Shown here: piece after piece, positions 40,846-53,763 of the stretch
Numbering within the stretch: the stretch's first letter is position 1
How the letters are laid out: each line of letters starts with the position of its first letter
Assembly: GCA_964016885.1 (NCBI GenBank)
Contig: OZ024741.1
Location: 274,970,001 to 275,034,000 of the forward strand
Source: Eledone cirrhosa
Lineage: Eukaryota
Direction: 5' to 3'
Length of the DNA: 64,000 nucleotides
Program-made: the position numbers and the translations under genes
Notes under the pieces: model-generated
What the model was told of the DNA's origin: nothing
Database searches by the model: none
What the model saw: only the letters and a program-made list of their open reading frames with translations

Positions 40846-40956
40846 AGTATTAACAATTGTTTCATTGATAAGGTGAGTCTAAAGGCCGCTGATCACTCGA
40901 AGTTGCATCACTCGACCTTAAATACAGTGTGCGTCTCTGATCAAATCATCGGAATA

Positions 40957-40958
<2 letters not shown>
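40846..40958 (-). ncRNA. Type-I hammerhead motif, CCGATGA core, long stem II
   Basis: Minus strand AGTATT-CCGATGA-TTTGAT...ATCAAT-GAA-ACAATTGT-T-AATACT. Confidence 0.78.
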
Positions 40959-41006
<48 letters not shown>

Positions 41007-41067
41007 GTATTAAGTTAACAATGAAAATAAAACCAACAAAGTGAAGTTACTTTACCTATTCATATCA

Positions 41068-41184
41068 TTGTTTTACGATCGTTTCGTAGGGTCGATCTTA
41101 TTGACATATTGTCTGATCTATAGCAGTTATATGACTGTATACTCTCATATATAGGTTCGATCAGACCGGCTTCTTCGGAAACAA
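41068..41184 (-). ncRNA. Type-I hammerhead motif, CCGAAGA core, long stem II
   Basis: Minus strand TTGTTT-CCGAAGA-AGCCGGTCTGATC...GATCGACCCTAC-GAA-ACGATCGT-A-AAACAA. Confidence 0.72.
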
Positions 41185-41238
41185 TTTACATTGAGTTCTA
41201 TTTACGGTACGGACCCTACCACCAGAGGTAGACAACAC

Positions 41239-41281
<43 letters not shown>

Positions 41282-41419
41282 AGTTTGGAGATTCACCACT
41301 GGATAGAAGTGGTCATTCCGTATAGTTAATTTTGATGTAGTAGTGGGAAAATGAAATGTATACAGTATTTGCAGAAATAAAACTGCCTCCTGTCATTTTA
41401 CTCAATAATTAGGTATATA

Positions 41420-41555
41420 TATGGGTTCAATTCCTGGACTGGGTTGTGTGATATGTTCTTGAGCAAAATACTCCATTTCACGTTACTCCAGTACACTCAG
41501 CTGAAAATGAGTACCAGCAATAGTTGGTAGTTTAACTCTGCGATGGAATGGCGAG
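41420..41555 (+). mobile_element. CORE-type SINE fragment
   Basis: ggttcaattcc B box, ttcttgagcaaaatact...cactcagctgaaaatgagtacc. Confidence 0.65.
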
Positions 41556-41706
41556 TGAGTCTGGTCAGGCTCGAGACAGATTTTAGATTATAGAGGATAT
41601 AGCATCTATTACCAACACGCTGGGATCAAAGTATAACTGAATTTGAATTCTCTGAGAAATACCGTAGTTCCATAATTCATACGCAACAAGTAATTAGGAT
41701 ATCAGC

Positions 41707-41925
41707 AATAATGGTTTCTGATTTAGGCACAAGATCAACAATTTGTGGATATGGAAAAGTCGATTAAATCAATCCCAGTACATTGCTGGTACTTTATTTT
41801 ATCGACCCCCATAATGATGAAATGCAAAGCTAATCTCAGCGAGATTTGAACTCAGACCGAAAAGGACCGTAACTCTATGCGGCGAAAGATGACGTCCGGT
41901 GCTCTATCGATTCTGCCAATCCACC
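41707..41925 (-). mobile_element. tRNA-derived SINE (diverged)
   Basis: ctggtactttattttatcgacccc...gatttgaactcag...attctgccaatcc. Confidence 0.8.
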
Positions 41926-42401
41926 ATCGTAACGATAATTAAAACATGGACCTTCTTAAGATTTGAAGAGAGAATACATACACAAAAGATGACGAAGAGA
42001 AGAAAATTACCTTTCCTTTCCACCATAGCCACAGAACAGGTTGCTGGTCAACACACATCTGGAAGAGGATACATATATACATTCAAATACACACATATTT
42101 CATATATATTTATCCTTATCGAACCCTCTTTGGATTTTAGTCTTCACATTTATTATTATTACTTTTTATATATAAATATCTGGCAGAAAGCCATACAGAC
42201 TCAGGCACAGAAATTCATATTTATTAATGTAGATGATGTTGATGGTTGTCCACCATACATATATACATCCATATACACACATGGATATATATATATATAT
42301 ATATATACATATATATATGGCAGAAAGCCATGCGGGCTCAGGCACAGAAATTCATAATTATTAATGTAGATGATGTTGATGGTTGTCCATACATATATAC
42401 A

Positions 42402-42465
<64 letters not shown>

Positions 42466-42593
42466 TATGTATGTATACGTACATACATATATGTATACAG
42501 GCGTACAGTAGTATGTATATATATACATACATGCACACATATATACATGCACGTACTAAGAGTGAGAAATGAAATTTCGTTTCATTCTATTCC

Positions 42594-42684
<91 letters not shown>

Positions 42685-42686
<2 letters not shown>

Positions 42687-42935
42687 GGCGCATGGCTTAG
42701 TGGTTAAAGCATTGGGCTTGCAATCGAAAGGTTATGAGTTCAATTCTCGGACCGGGTGATGTGTTGTTTCCTTGAGCAAGACACTTTATTTCACGTTGCT
42801 CCACTTTACTCAGCTGTAGAAATGAGTACCGGCCTGACCGCCCAGCCAGTGGGACGGCGTTATCTTATGGCTAAAACAGCACGACGTGCTGTGACCAGCG
42901 GCGTCGATTGGTGCCCGACAGACTGGTCGGTCAAG

Positions 42936-42940
<5 letters not shown>
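42685..42940 (+). mobile_element. tRNA-derived CORE-type SINE
   Basis: A box tggcttagtgg, B box gagttcaattct, CORE-like ccttgagcaagacacttt...actcagctgtagaaatgagtacc. Confidence 0.75.
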
Positions 42941-42998
<58 letters not shown>

Positions 42999-43067
42999 AA
43001 CCTTTCGTGAAAAATAATTCTTTGCTATTAGATAAACAATGTATGCCCTTATTTGGACAAATGATAC

Positions 43068-43142
43068 CTCCTGGTGAGACAGCCAGTTGACCGCCAATGC
43101 CTTTGGCATTCAGTCTGGAACTAGCTGTCGAAACGGCTAGAG
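43068..43142 (+). ncRNA. Family A hammerhead-like motif (core CTGGTGA), the only family A copy keeping the 5' half
   Basis: CTC-CTGGTGA-GACAGCCAGTT...AACTAGCTGTC-GAA-ACGGCT-A-GAG; stem III is not palindromic. Confidence 0.55.
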
Positions 43143-43321
43143 CTCAGCCATTAGGGTCCTGACTCTTTCATATATATGTCTGAGAGAAAGCCATGCGGAC
43201 ACATGCTCAGAAATTCATATTTATTCATATAGATGATGATGATGATGATGATGATTGTTCATACATATATACATTCATATATACACACATGAATACATTT
43301 ATATATATTTATATATATATG

Positions 43322-43355
<34 letters not shown>

Positions 43356-43356
43356 C

Positions 43357-43551
43357 ATAGAAAAATGTCCAGGACCCCGACGGCAGAGCTCAAGCCGTTA
43401 CGACGGCTTTCAGTCCAGAAATAGCCGTCGAAACGGCTTGGGCTCTGCCGTCGGGGTCCTGAACCTTTTCCTATTACCCACTCTACTACCCAAAGTATCG
43501 AGTACTCTGGTGCGTTATGGTCCACCTGGTTCTTTACTACACTTCCTTCGT
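43357..43551 (+). mobile_element. Fold-back family A copy
   Basis: Hairpin plus tail as at 24531. Confidence 0.8.
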
Positions 43552-43556
43552 AATAA

Positions 43557-43637
<81 letters not shown>

Positions 43638-43668
43638 TAATAAAATAGATGTTCTTTTGATCAATTAC

Positions 43669-43721
43669 ATTTTATTATACATATTTCAGAGGTACAACAG
43701 TACGTCCTCATCAGACAAAAT
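43669..43721 (-). ncRNA. Minimal type-I hammerhead ribozyme (element 43645-43900, with an adjacent ~40-bp-arm hairpin at 43723-43807)
   Basis: Minus strand ATTTTGT-CTGATGA-GGACGTAC-TGTT-GTACCTCT-GAA-ATATGTAT-A-ATAAAAT. Confidence 0.82.
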
Positions 43722-43894
43722 ATGATACATGATACCCTGAGATGTTAAATGGTTAAGATTTTGATTAAATCTTAACCATTTAACATCTCAGGGTATGTCA
43801 TGTATCAACTCCTGAAAATTATTTTTCCCGTAGAGTGCTTCCAATCCTCTGTAAGACTCATTCTTTGACATAATCATTGAATATCGTTTAACAC

Positions 43895-43941
<47 letters not shown>

Positions 43942-43944
<3 letters not shown>

Positions 43945-44218
43945 GATATTAACAAATGGAAACTATATTTATAAAAGCATATTTATTTCATTATACATAT
44001 TTCAAGGACACCAAGTTAAATTATGGTGTGCTGATGAAAGCACACCATAATTTAACTTGGTCTCCTTGAAATATGTATAATGAAATAAATATGCTTTTAT
44101 AAATATAGTTTCCATTTGTTAATATCGTATTTTTACTCCAATTATTTGTTGAGTGCTTTATATCAGTTATAAAAATATTTGCTTGTTGTATCCCAACAAT
44201 TTAAATAGAACTTTTACA
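43942..44218 (+). mobile_element. Fold-back family B: ~90-bp arms centred on the hammerhead CTGATGA core, plus ~90-nt tail
   Basis: 43942-44032 is the reverse complement of 44039-44130; centre gtgtgctgatgaaagcacac. Confidence 0.85.
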
Positions 44219-44238
44219 TATATATATATATATATTTT

Positions 44239-44292
<54 letters not shown>

Positions 44293-44300
44293 TATATATA

Positions 44301-44342
44301 TATTAATATATGTGAATTTCTGTGCCTGTGTCCGCATGGCTC

Positions 44343-44386
<44 letters not shown>

Positions 44387-44460
44387 GAGCCATGCGGACA
44401 CAGGCACAGAAATTCACATATATTAATATAGATGATGATGATAATTGTCCATACATATAT
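44301..44460. repeat. Family I palindrome with (TA)n loop; direct copies at ~42180, 42318, 43180 and 44511
   Basis: tatattaatatatgtgaatttctgtgcctgtgtccgcatggctctgcca-(ta)n-tggcagagccatgcggacacaggcacagaaattcacatatattaatata. Confidence 0.8.
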
Positions 44461-44802
44461 ATATATTCATATATATACACACATAAATACATTTATATAT
44501 ACATATATATCTGGCAGAAAGCATTGCGGACTGAGGCACATAAATTCATATATATATTAATATAGATGATGATGTTGATTGTCCACTTGTGACCATTGAA
44601 GACTCTCTCTGACAATTAAAAACAAACGTGTTTATGACAGTGGCTCCCTCTATATATAAGCCAGTAAAACTACTACCAGTCTCTCGACAGGCTTTACAAA
44701 CCTACATATATTCACATCTGTATGTAGAAGTGTATGCTGGTGTATACCACGATATCTTTTTAATCTATCATTAAGCTTTGCACGTTTTCACATACACGCG
44801 CA

Positions 44803-44881
<79 letters not shown>

Positions 44882-45124
44882 GCATATATATATATATATA
44901 TTATATATATATATATATATATGCATATACACACGTACATGCACACACACACACATATATATATACTAATATAAGTATGTGTGTATGTATGTATGTATAT
45001 ATAACGTATTGGTGTGAGAGAGAGACTTTCACAGTATATTATATTCATATATATGTGCACACACACACACATGTATATATATATATGTGTGTGTGTGTGA
45101 AAGAGAGAGGTGCACATATATACA

Positions 45125-45160
<36 letters not shown>

Positions 45161-45236
45161 TGATAATCATAAACATACATATACACACGCACACACATAT
45201 TATATATGATACACACACACACACACATGCATATAT

Positions 45237-45303
<67 letters not shown>

Positions 45304-45374
45304 CATATGTGATGTAATCTTTTCCTCTGTTTCTGTGTGTGTGTAAGTTATGGTAATAGTTGGAGTCATATATG

Positions 45375-46745
45375 CGTGTGTGTGTGTATGTATGTATGTG
45401 TCTGTGTCTGCATGTGTGTATGTGTCTGTGTTTGAGTGTGTTGGCAATATGTGGAGCTAATGTGTGTATGTGTCTATATATGTGTATATATGTATGTGTG
45501 TGTGTGTTGGCAATATGTGGTACCAATGTGTGTATTTGTGTATGAGTGTATATGTACGTGTCTATGTGTGTGTGTTGGCAATATGTGGTGCCAATGTGTG
45601 TATGTGTATATATGTATGTGTGTGTGTTGGCAATATGTGGTGCCAGTGTGTGTATGTATATGTGTATGTATGTATATGTGTATATATGTATATGTGTATG
45701 TATGTATGTGTATATATGTATGTGTCTGTATGTGTGTATGTTGGCAATATGTGGTGCCAGTATGTGTATGCATGTATATGTGTATGTATGTATATGTGTA
45801 TGTGTATATATGTATGTGTATGTGTTGGCAATATGTGGTGCCAGTGTGTGTATGTGTATGAATGTGTATGTTGGCAATATGTGGTGCCAGTGTGTGTATG
45901 TGTATATATGTATGTGTATGTATGTATGTGTATGTTGGCAATATGTGGTGCCAGTGTGTGTATGTATGTATGTATGTATGTGTATATATGTATGTGTATG
46001 TATGTGTGTATATGTTGGAAATATGTGGTGCCAGTGTGTGTATGTGTATATATGTATGTGTATATATGTATGTGTATGTATGTATGTGTATATGTGTATA
46101 TATGTATGTGTATGTATGGGTATGTATGTGTATGTATGTATGTGTATATATGTATGTGTATGTATGTATGTGTATGTATATATGTATGTATGTATGTGCA
46201 TGTATGTATGTGTATGTATGGGTATGTATGTGTATGTATGTATGTGTATATATGTATGTGTATGTATGGGTATGTATGTGTATGTATGTATGTGTATATA
46301 TGTATGTGTATGTATGTATGTGTATGTATATATGTATGTATGTATGTGTATATATGTATGTGTATATATGTATGTGTATGTATGTATGTGTATATATGTA
46401 TGTGTATATATGTATGTGTATGTATGGGTATGTATGTATGTGTATATATGTATGTGTATGTATGTGTATGTATGTATGTGTATATATGTATGTGTATGTA
46501 TGTATGTGTATGTATGTGTATATATGTATGTGTATGTATGGGTATGTATGTGTATGTATGTATGTGTATATATGTATGTGTATGTATGTATGTGTATATA
46601 TGTATGTGTATGTATGGGTATGTATGTGTATATATGTATGTATATGTATGTATGTGTATGTATATATGTATGTATGTATGTGTATGTATGTGTATGTATG
46701 TATGTGTATATATATATGTGTATGTTGGCAATATGTGGTGCCATG
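45375..46745. repeat. TATG/TG simple repeat punctuated by ~10 copies of gttggcaatatgtggtgcca
   Basis: Motif at ~45380, 45506, 45574, 45626, 45740, 45823, 45870, 45934, 46014 and 46723. Confidence 0.85.
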
Positions 46746-46834
46746 TATTTTGTAGCAGAAACTAAGCAGAGAATCCCTTTAAGACATTCTCGCTATAAAC
46801 GTAGCTTTGTCTGTTTACTGTGCTATGGCCAACT

Positions 46835-47839
46835 ACACACACACACACACACACACACACTGGTAGGGACACACACACACACACACACATAGACATAGAT
46901 ACCTAGACACATATACATACACACACACACTGGTAGGGATACACACACACACACATAGACATAGATACCTAGACACATATACATACATACACACACACAC
47001 ACTGGTAGGGACATACACACACACACATAGACATAGATACCTAGACACATATACATACATACATACATACACACATACACACTGGTACAGAGAGACACAC
47101 ACACATATAGAGACAGACATACACACACATATAGAGACAGACACACACACACATATAGACAGACAGACAGACAGCCAGACACAGACACACACACACATAT
47201 AGACAGACAGACACAGACAGACAGCCAGACACAGACACACATATACAGTCACACAGACAGGTACACAGACACACACACACACATATAGACAGTCACACAC
47301 ACACACACACGCACACACAGACAGACAGACAGACACACACATAGACAGTCACACAGACAGATACAGAGACACACGCACACACACACACACAGACAGACAG
47401 ACACACACACACATATATAGACAGTCACACACATGCACACACACACGCACACATAGACAGACAGACACACACACACAGACAGTCACACAGACTGATACAC
47501 AGACACACACACACAGACAGACAGACACACACACATATAGACAGTCACACACAGAGACACACACACACAGACAGGCACACACAGAGACAGACAGCCACAC
47601 ACACACATAGATAGACACACAGAGACAAACAGACACACACACAGACAGATACACACAAACAGACAGACACATATACATAGATACACACACACAGGCACAG
47701 ACAGACACATAAATTGATACATATACACACAGAGACGCACAGAGACACATACATAAATGGACAGATACAGACAGACGCACGCACGCACGCACACACACAG
47801 ACTGATGCACACATATACATAGATACAAATCACACACAG

Positions 47840-47870
<31 letters not shown>

Positions 47871-47990
47871 GACACAGACAGACGCACACACACAGACAGA
47901 CAGACGCACACACACATACATAGATACATACACACACAGAAGCACACACACACACGTACATACACGCAGACATACACAGAAACGCACAGA

Positions 47991-48029
<39 letters not shown>

Positions 48030-48684
48030 ATACACGCAGACATACACAGAAACGCACAGAGGCACACACACACATACACACACACACATACACGCAGGCA
48101 TACACAGAAACGCACAGAGACACAGAGGCACAAGCACACACACACACACGCACACACACACATACAGGCAGACATACACAGAAACGCATAGAGACACAGA
48201 GGCACACACATACACACACACACACATACACGCAGGCATACACAGAAACCCACAGACACAGAGCCACACACACACACATACACGTAGGCATACACAGAAA
48301 CGCATAGAGACAGAGGCACACACACATACACGCAGGCATACACAGAAACGCAGAGACACAGACACACACAGAGAAACACAGGCACAGACACACACACTGA
48401 CGCACGCAAGTACACTTTACATACACGCAGGCGCACACACATACAAACACAGACGCACTTGCACACATACACAGACACACGCGAGCATGTACACACACAG
48501 ACACACGTACTCACATAGACAAAGACGTTATGCACACACTCATACACACGCACCCCCACTCAGAGACACACACGCACCCCTACTCATAGACACACACACA
48601 TGCACACAACAGACGTACATATACGCTCATACATATATATGTATAAATACAGGCAGACATAAAAATACATACAAACGATGGACG

Positions 48685-48750
<66 letters not shown>
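46835..48750. repeat. CA/CAGA compound simple repeat
   Basis: Low-complexity acac/acag tracts with short local duplications. Confidence 0.9.
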
Positions 48751-48751
<1 letters not shown>

Positions 48752-49110
48752 TATTACCTTAACGTACACACACACTGACATACACATGCATGTGTGTGTT
48801 AAGCTTGGGTTAAAGATCTACTGTTATGGAAACAATTGCTTTCGTAATAGTAAAAAGCTTTATATATATATATATATAAAGAGGAGGCACAAAACAGATA
48901 ATCATTGAGGAGGTCAGTCACAGAATGTGTGACGAAAGAACTTTGATAAACAAATGGATAACGAACAATAAATATAAAGTGAAAATTTTATAGTGCGTGT
49001 GTTTCTTTCTATTGGCAATATTAGCAGCATGACCACACCCATATATAACCATATATATATATATGAATAAATAAATCACCAAGGTTTAATACATTAATAC
49101 AATATTTAAT

Positions 49111-49184
49111 TGATTTACATATGTTTCATTCGTAAACAGATGGAGGTAACATTTAATTCCTCTGTAGAGAAATCGTCAGAATCA
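49111..49184 (-). ncRNA. Type-I hammerhead ribozyme, canonical core
   Basis: Minus strand TGATT-CTGACGA-TTTC..ACAGAGG..CCTCCATCTGT..GAAT-GAA-ACATATGT-A-AATCA. Confidence 0.78.
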
Positions 49185-49631
49185 CTAGATATATAAAAAG
49201 ATATTTATTTATTGACTCCATGTTATCCTGACTCCAGACACGAGGATTTGAAAAACGTAAGCAAAGCCATTAGCAGGGAAAGATGGACTGGCAATATGAC
49301 TTTCCTCTTTGAAGGAAAACGTTTGTGAAAATTAACTTTTCTTCCCCTCTTTATATTTTCTTTTTTTTCTTTTTTTGTTATCATTATCTTCACTACTTGT
49401 ACAAATATGCAACTTAACAATATTCTGCATATCCGCAATTGACAATGCATTTAATGCTGAAACCGGTATTGTAAATAAATTAATGCTTTGAGATTTCACT
49501 AAAAATATCTCAACATTTTCTACAGAAAAAAACCCTTTTTCCTTTCTACTATTTGTTTTTATATATATCAACTCGTGTGTTACCTTTCTACATTCGATAT
49601 ATATATATCCATGGGGTGTTACTTTTTAAAG

Positions 49632-49718
49632 GGGTCCGTCGAGCCACCGATTATTGAGTCGGGTAGGATCGATACAGATCGAACCTTGAGCTGATCAGTG
49701 GCGAAACGCGCGTCACCT
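49632..49718 (+). ncRNA. Family D hammerhead motif (core CCGTCGA), long stem II
   Basis: GGGT-CCGTCGA-GCCACCGAT...ATCAGTGGC-GAA-ACGCGCGT-C-ACCT. Confidence 0.65.
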
Positions 49719-49765
49719 ATCAATAAATGCAATGAAGGAGTAATCAATCGTCCTTGTTATCCTTT

Positions 49766-49799
<34 letters not shown>

Positions 49800-50281
49800 A
49801 ATAAAGATCCCATAAATCCTTGTGGAGTCGAAGAGGCACCGTCATACGGCGTGTCTAGGGCACTTTTAAACTTGGTGGAGCCCAACTTTCTCCAGGTCTG
49901 AACACAGCCGATTTTTTTTTTTTTTTTTTGTGGAGGAAGAATTGAACCCAGTATGGTGGTATAAACCGGCGTTCTAGCTGTTATACACCAAATACTATTC
50001 GAGTTGTTTAAGGCAATCAGAAAGCACTCAATAGAGCGAAAAGTTAATACATTACTGTCCAGAGTAAACACAACAGTTAAAAAGTGTGACACCAAGAAAA
50101 ACGACCGAAGGCAGAGGCCATACGATAAATACATGAAACGATAAATACATGAAATAACGATAAATACATGAAAAAGCGTCTTACACGGCTAAGATCATAT
50201 AAGCTGAAACAAAAAAGGTGGGTGAAGACAGCAGTAAAACGGAGGAAACCACAGACAGTCCCTTCTCATAAGTCGACTTCT

Positions 50282-50574
50282 GTTATACTTTAGGAGGGTC
50301 ATCCTGCCAATAAAAAACACACATACACACCTGTTGGGCTTCACTTCAATTTATTATTATAATTTCCCAGTTGGTTAGTTTCATAACCTGGTGGTTTATT
50401 AGCTGTTGATTGTCATGAAACCTCTTTCGTCACACATTCTGTCACCTCCTCAGTGACACCATCTTAGTGAAGGACAGAACCAAGCATAGGCACAAAATAA
50501 AAATAAACGTAGTCACTGAGGAAGTCGTAGAATGTGTGACGAAAGAGGTTTGATGAATCAATAACTAAACAATC
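50282..50574. mobile_element. Fold-back family C copy with hammerhead motifs at ~50414-50457 (-) and 50513-50554 (+)
   Basis: gtcactgaggaagtcgtagaatgtgtgacgaaagaggtttga and its inverted partner. Confidence 0.7.
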
Positions 50575-50589
50575 ATTATTTGTTGAGCA

Positions 50590-50722
50590 TAATTACGTTC
50601 CTTTACAAACTGAGTTCAAATCCCGCCGAGGTTGACTTTGCCTTTCATCCTTACGGGGTCGATAAAATAAAGTACCAGTAATGCACTGGGTAATTGCTGG
50701 CCTTGTGCCTAAAGTAGAAACA
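50590..50722 (+). mobile_element. 5'-truncated tRNA-derived SINE with 15-bp TSD
   Basis: TSD attatttgttgagca at 50575-50589 and 50723-50737. Confidence 0.9.
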
Positions 50723-50783
50723 ATTATTTGTTGAGCAATGGTCTTAAAGCACGTAACTATTAACACACACTCACACACATACA

Positions 50784-50854
<71 letters not shown>

Positions 50855-50856
<2 letters not shown>

Positions 50857-51192
50857 TTTGATAGGTTTCGGCCAGTATTGGCCCAGGCCACGTCTAACTT
50901 AATAGCACCACCTGGCGAAGTCTTACAAATCAGTGTTTGGGCACTATGGCCCACTCGAGCAGAGAGTTATTGTTTACGGAGGCATATCCGGGTGTAGGAG
51001 GCTTATCCGGGATTTCTTGAAGGAATTTATCAAAAGACTTCTTGAACTTGATGGGGTCTGTCTCTGCTTTGATGTGTTTTGGTGTAATGTTAAAGAGTGC
51101 ATGGCCAATTGAGGTGAAATAATTGTGCCGTTTTGTTATGAGATGCGAGTGAGATTTTTGTCGTGGGCGGATAGCACGGGGCCCAAGCCTAC
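50855..51192 (-). mobile_element. CR1-type LINE 3' end
   Basis: Minus strand RLGPRAIRP...HNYFTSIGHALFNITPKHIK...KFKKSFDKFLQEIPDKPPTPGY...NNSLLEW then stop and short 3' UTR. Confidence 0.75.
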
Positions 51193-52404
51193 TATAATAG
51201 GATATAGTGTCCGATGGTCAAGCTTAAACTGTTTCGATGGAAAAGAACATATATATGTGTGTATGTACCGAGGTCAACTTTGCTTTTTATCTACTTAAGG
51301 TCAATAAAAAAAGTACCAGTCTAGTACAGGGGTCGATTCTTCCTTTATATCTCTTTCTCACTCTCTCAATCCTTCTCTGGAAGAGATCTGCTGTATTCAG
51401 ACCTGGAGAGGATTGGGTCCCGTCGGGTTTTGAAATGCTCTAGAAACGTTATATTAATACGGTGCCCTCAAGAGTTACGGAACTATGCATGGATGTATAC
51501 CGTTATGGACAGGGAAATAACGTTAAATAAAGGAATAACGTTAAATAATGATGATGATGCTGATGATCGTACACACAAATACAAATACACGAACATACAC
51601 ACTCACACACACATACAATTACACACACTTAGATGCACACACACACGCACATAAACACAGACATACCCCCACACACACATACACACATACACGCACATAT
51701 ACACACACACACACATACAATTACACACACATACATGCCCACACACGCACATATACACAGACATACCCACACATATACACACAAACACATACATACACAC
51801 ATACACGCATATATATATATATACACATACACATACACACACATACAATTACACACACATACATGCACACACACGCACATATACACAGACTTACCCACAC
51901 ATATACATACATACATACACGCACACATATATACACACATACACTCACACATATGTATATACACACGCACATATACACACACATACACTCACACATGTGT
52001 ATACACATATACACACACATACACTCACACATGTATATACACACGCATACATACACGCACACATATATATATACACACACATACACTCACACATACCACT
52101 GTTATCGAGTTTACAATGACATCTTCAAGTGTATATAGATAAGAGTTTCATACAAAGACACTACACCAGTTTCAAAGATGTCTGTCGTTATTCAGGTGGT
52201 GAATGTCCTCTGGTCCCCTACTTCTCTCTAATTTATTAGAAAACGGATGTTACACCCACCTGCTATTCAGTACCCTGGGTGGATGAGGGGGAATGAGTTG
52301 AGGGCTGGCTAACTGGATTGATGGTTTATTCCCTCCAGACCAACCACTCTTGATAACTAGATGTAGGGGGGGGGGGGTTTACCAGAGCAGATCTCTCTCT
52401 AGAT

Positions 52405-53375
52405 CACAGGTTCTCAACCCATTTAGGCCAAACGCCCCCTTTTGTCCCTCGAACTCACAAAACGCCCCACCCCCCTATTTTTCCACTTTTCAATATACTA
52501 CTGATTTTTATATCAGTAGATTACTAAAAAATTGATTAACAATATTCCAAAGATGTGTGTATTATCTGATTATGTGTTGTATGTGGTCCTAGATGTGTGT
52601 ATTATCTGATTATGTGTTGTATGTGGTCCTAGATGTGTGTATTATCTGATTATGTGTTGTATGTGGTCCTAGATGTGTGTATTATCTGATTATGTGTTGT
52701 ATGTGGTCCTAGATGTGTGTATTATCTGATTATGTGTTGTATGTGGTCCTAGATGTGTGTATTATCTGATTATGTGTTGTATGTGGTCCTAGATGTGTGT
52801 ATTATCTGATTATGTGTTGTATGTGGTCCTAGATGTGTGTATTATCTGATTATGTGTTGTATGTGGTCCTAGATGTGTGTGCTACTCGCTTCTGTTTTTT
52901 CTTTTCTTTTTTTTTTATTTGTAATATTATTTATACAATAGGGAACAACATAGATCTACATAGTGTTAACTCGTTGCGGTTGAGTCAATAATTTCAGACA
53001 TGAAATGCATTGTTATCGGTGAAGGAAAAATAAGATTCTAACTGTCTGCGCTCAAAGTGTCTTTGACCCAGTTGACTGTGGGTTTTTTTCATTTTTAGGA
53101 TCTCAATTACCGGACATGCCTGCACACCTGCTCACAGCTGCGGTCAGACTATAGTTATGCTGTCTGCAAGCTCATTCAAATGCATTCACACTGGCTGTCT
53201 CAAAGACATACAAATATGGCTTATAAAACTTACCAAAATAAAGAGCCTTCAAGCGCCCCCTAACCCCCCTCCTCCTCTCCAAACTCCCCCCTAACGCGAC
53301 CTTGCTCCCAAACGCCCCCCTGGAGTTCCGAAACGCCCCCCGGGGGTGCATATGCCCCCCCGTTGAGAACCTTTG
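52405..53375. mobile_element. Non-autonomous hAT (Charlie-like) DNA transposon
   Basis: TIRs CACAGGTTCTCAAC / GTTGAGAACCTTTG; 8-bp TSD ctctagat at 52397-52404 and 53376-53383. Confidence 0.9.
52551..52880. repeat. Perfect 40-bp tandem repeat, 8 copies, inside the hAT element
   Basis: agatgtgtgtattatctgattatgtgttgtatgtggtcct. Confidence 0.95.
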
Positions 53376-53539
53376 CTCTAGATAAATACACATAGTTGCT
53401 ATCAAACTAAAATGTGTGTACTCTGCACAACCGGGTGCCATCTCACTACTGCCATCTCATAGATCCATTGAGTGGGTGATTCGTGGCTGGAGATCGATGA
53501 ATAAATATCAACGATTTTCGTAGACCAGGACTAGCGTCC

Positions 53540-53730
53540 GAAACGTTAAGACCCTCTTCCTGCTATATCAAGCGTTAACCTAATATATCCCTTCCATATA
53601 CTGTACCGATTGTGTTGTTATTTCTGTTTACCTTGTCATACATATAAATCTGTGTGTAGATGTGTGTATGTATGCATATATATGCATGTATGAATATATA
53701 TGTGTGTGTGTGTTTATATATACATGTATG

Positions 53731-53763
<33 letters not shown>

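Noticed and set aside
45200-46892. Long ORFs (up to 514 aa) rich in Y/I/H/T or V/C/M, and similar ORFs at 19305-20216, 47349-48559 and 61992-63464
   Set aside because: Artefacts of stop-free microsatellite sequence
49223-50270. Remnant of a Penelope RT or GIY-YIG ORF next to hammerheads
   Set aside because: The short ORFs show no recognisable RT or GIY-YIG motifs
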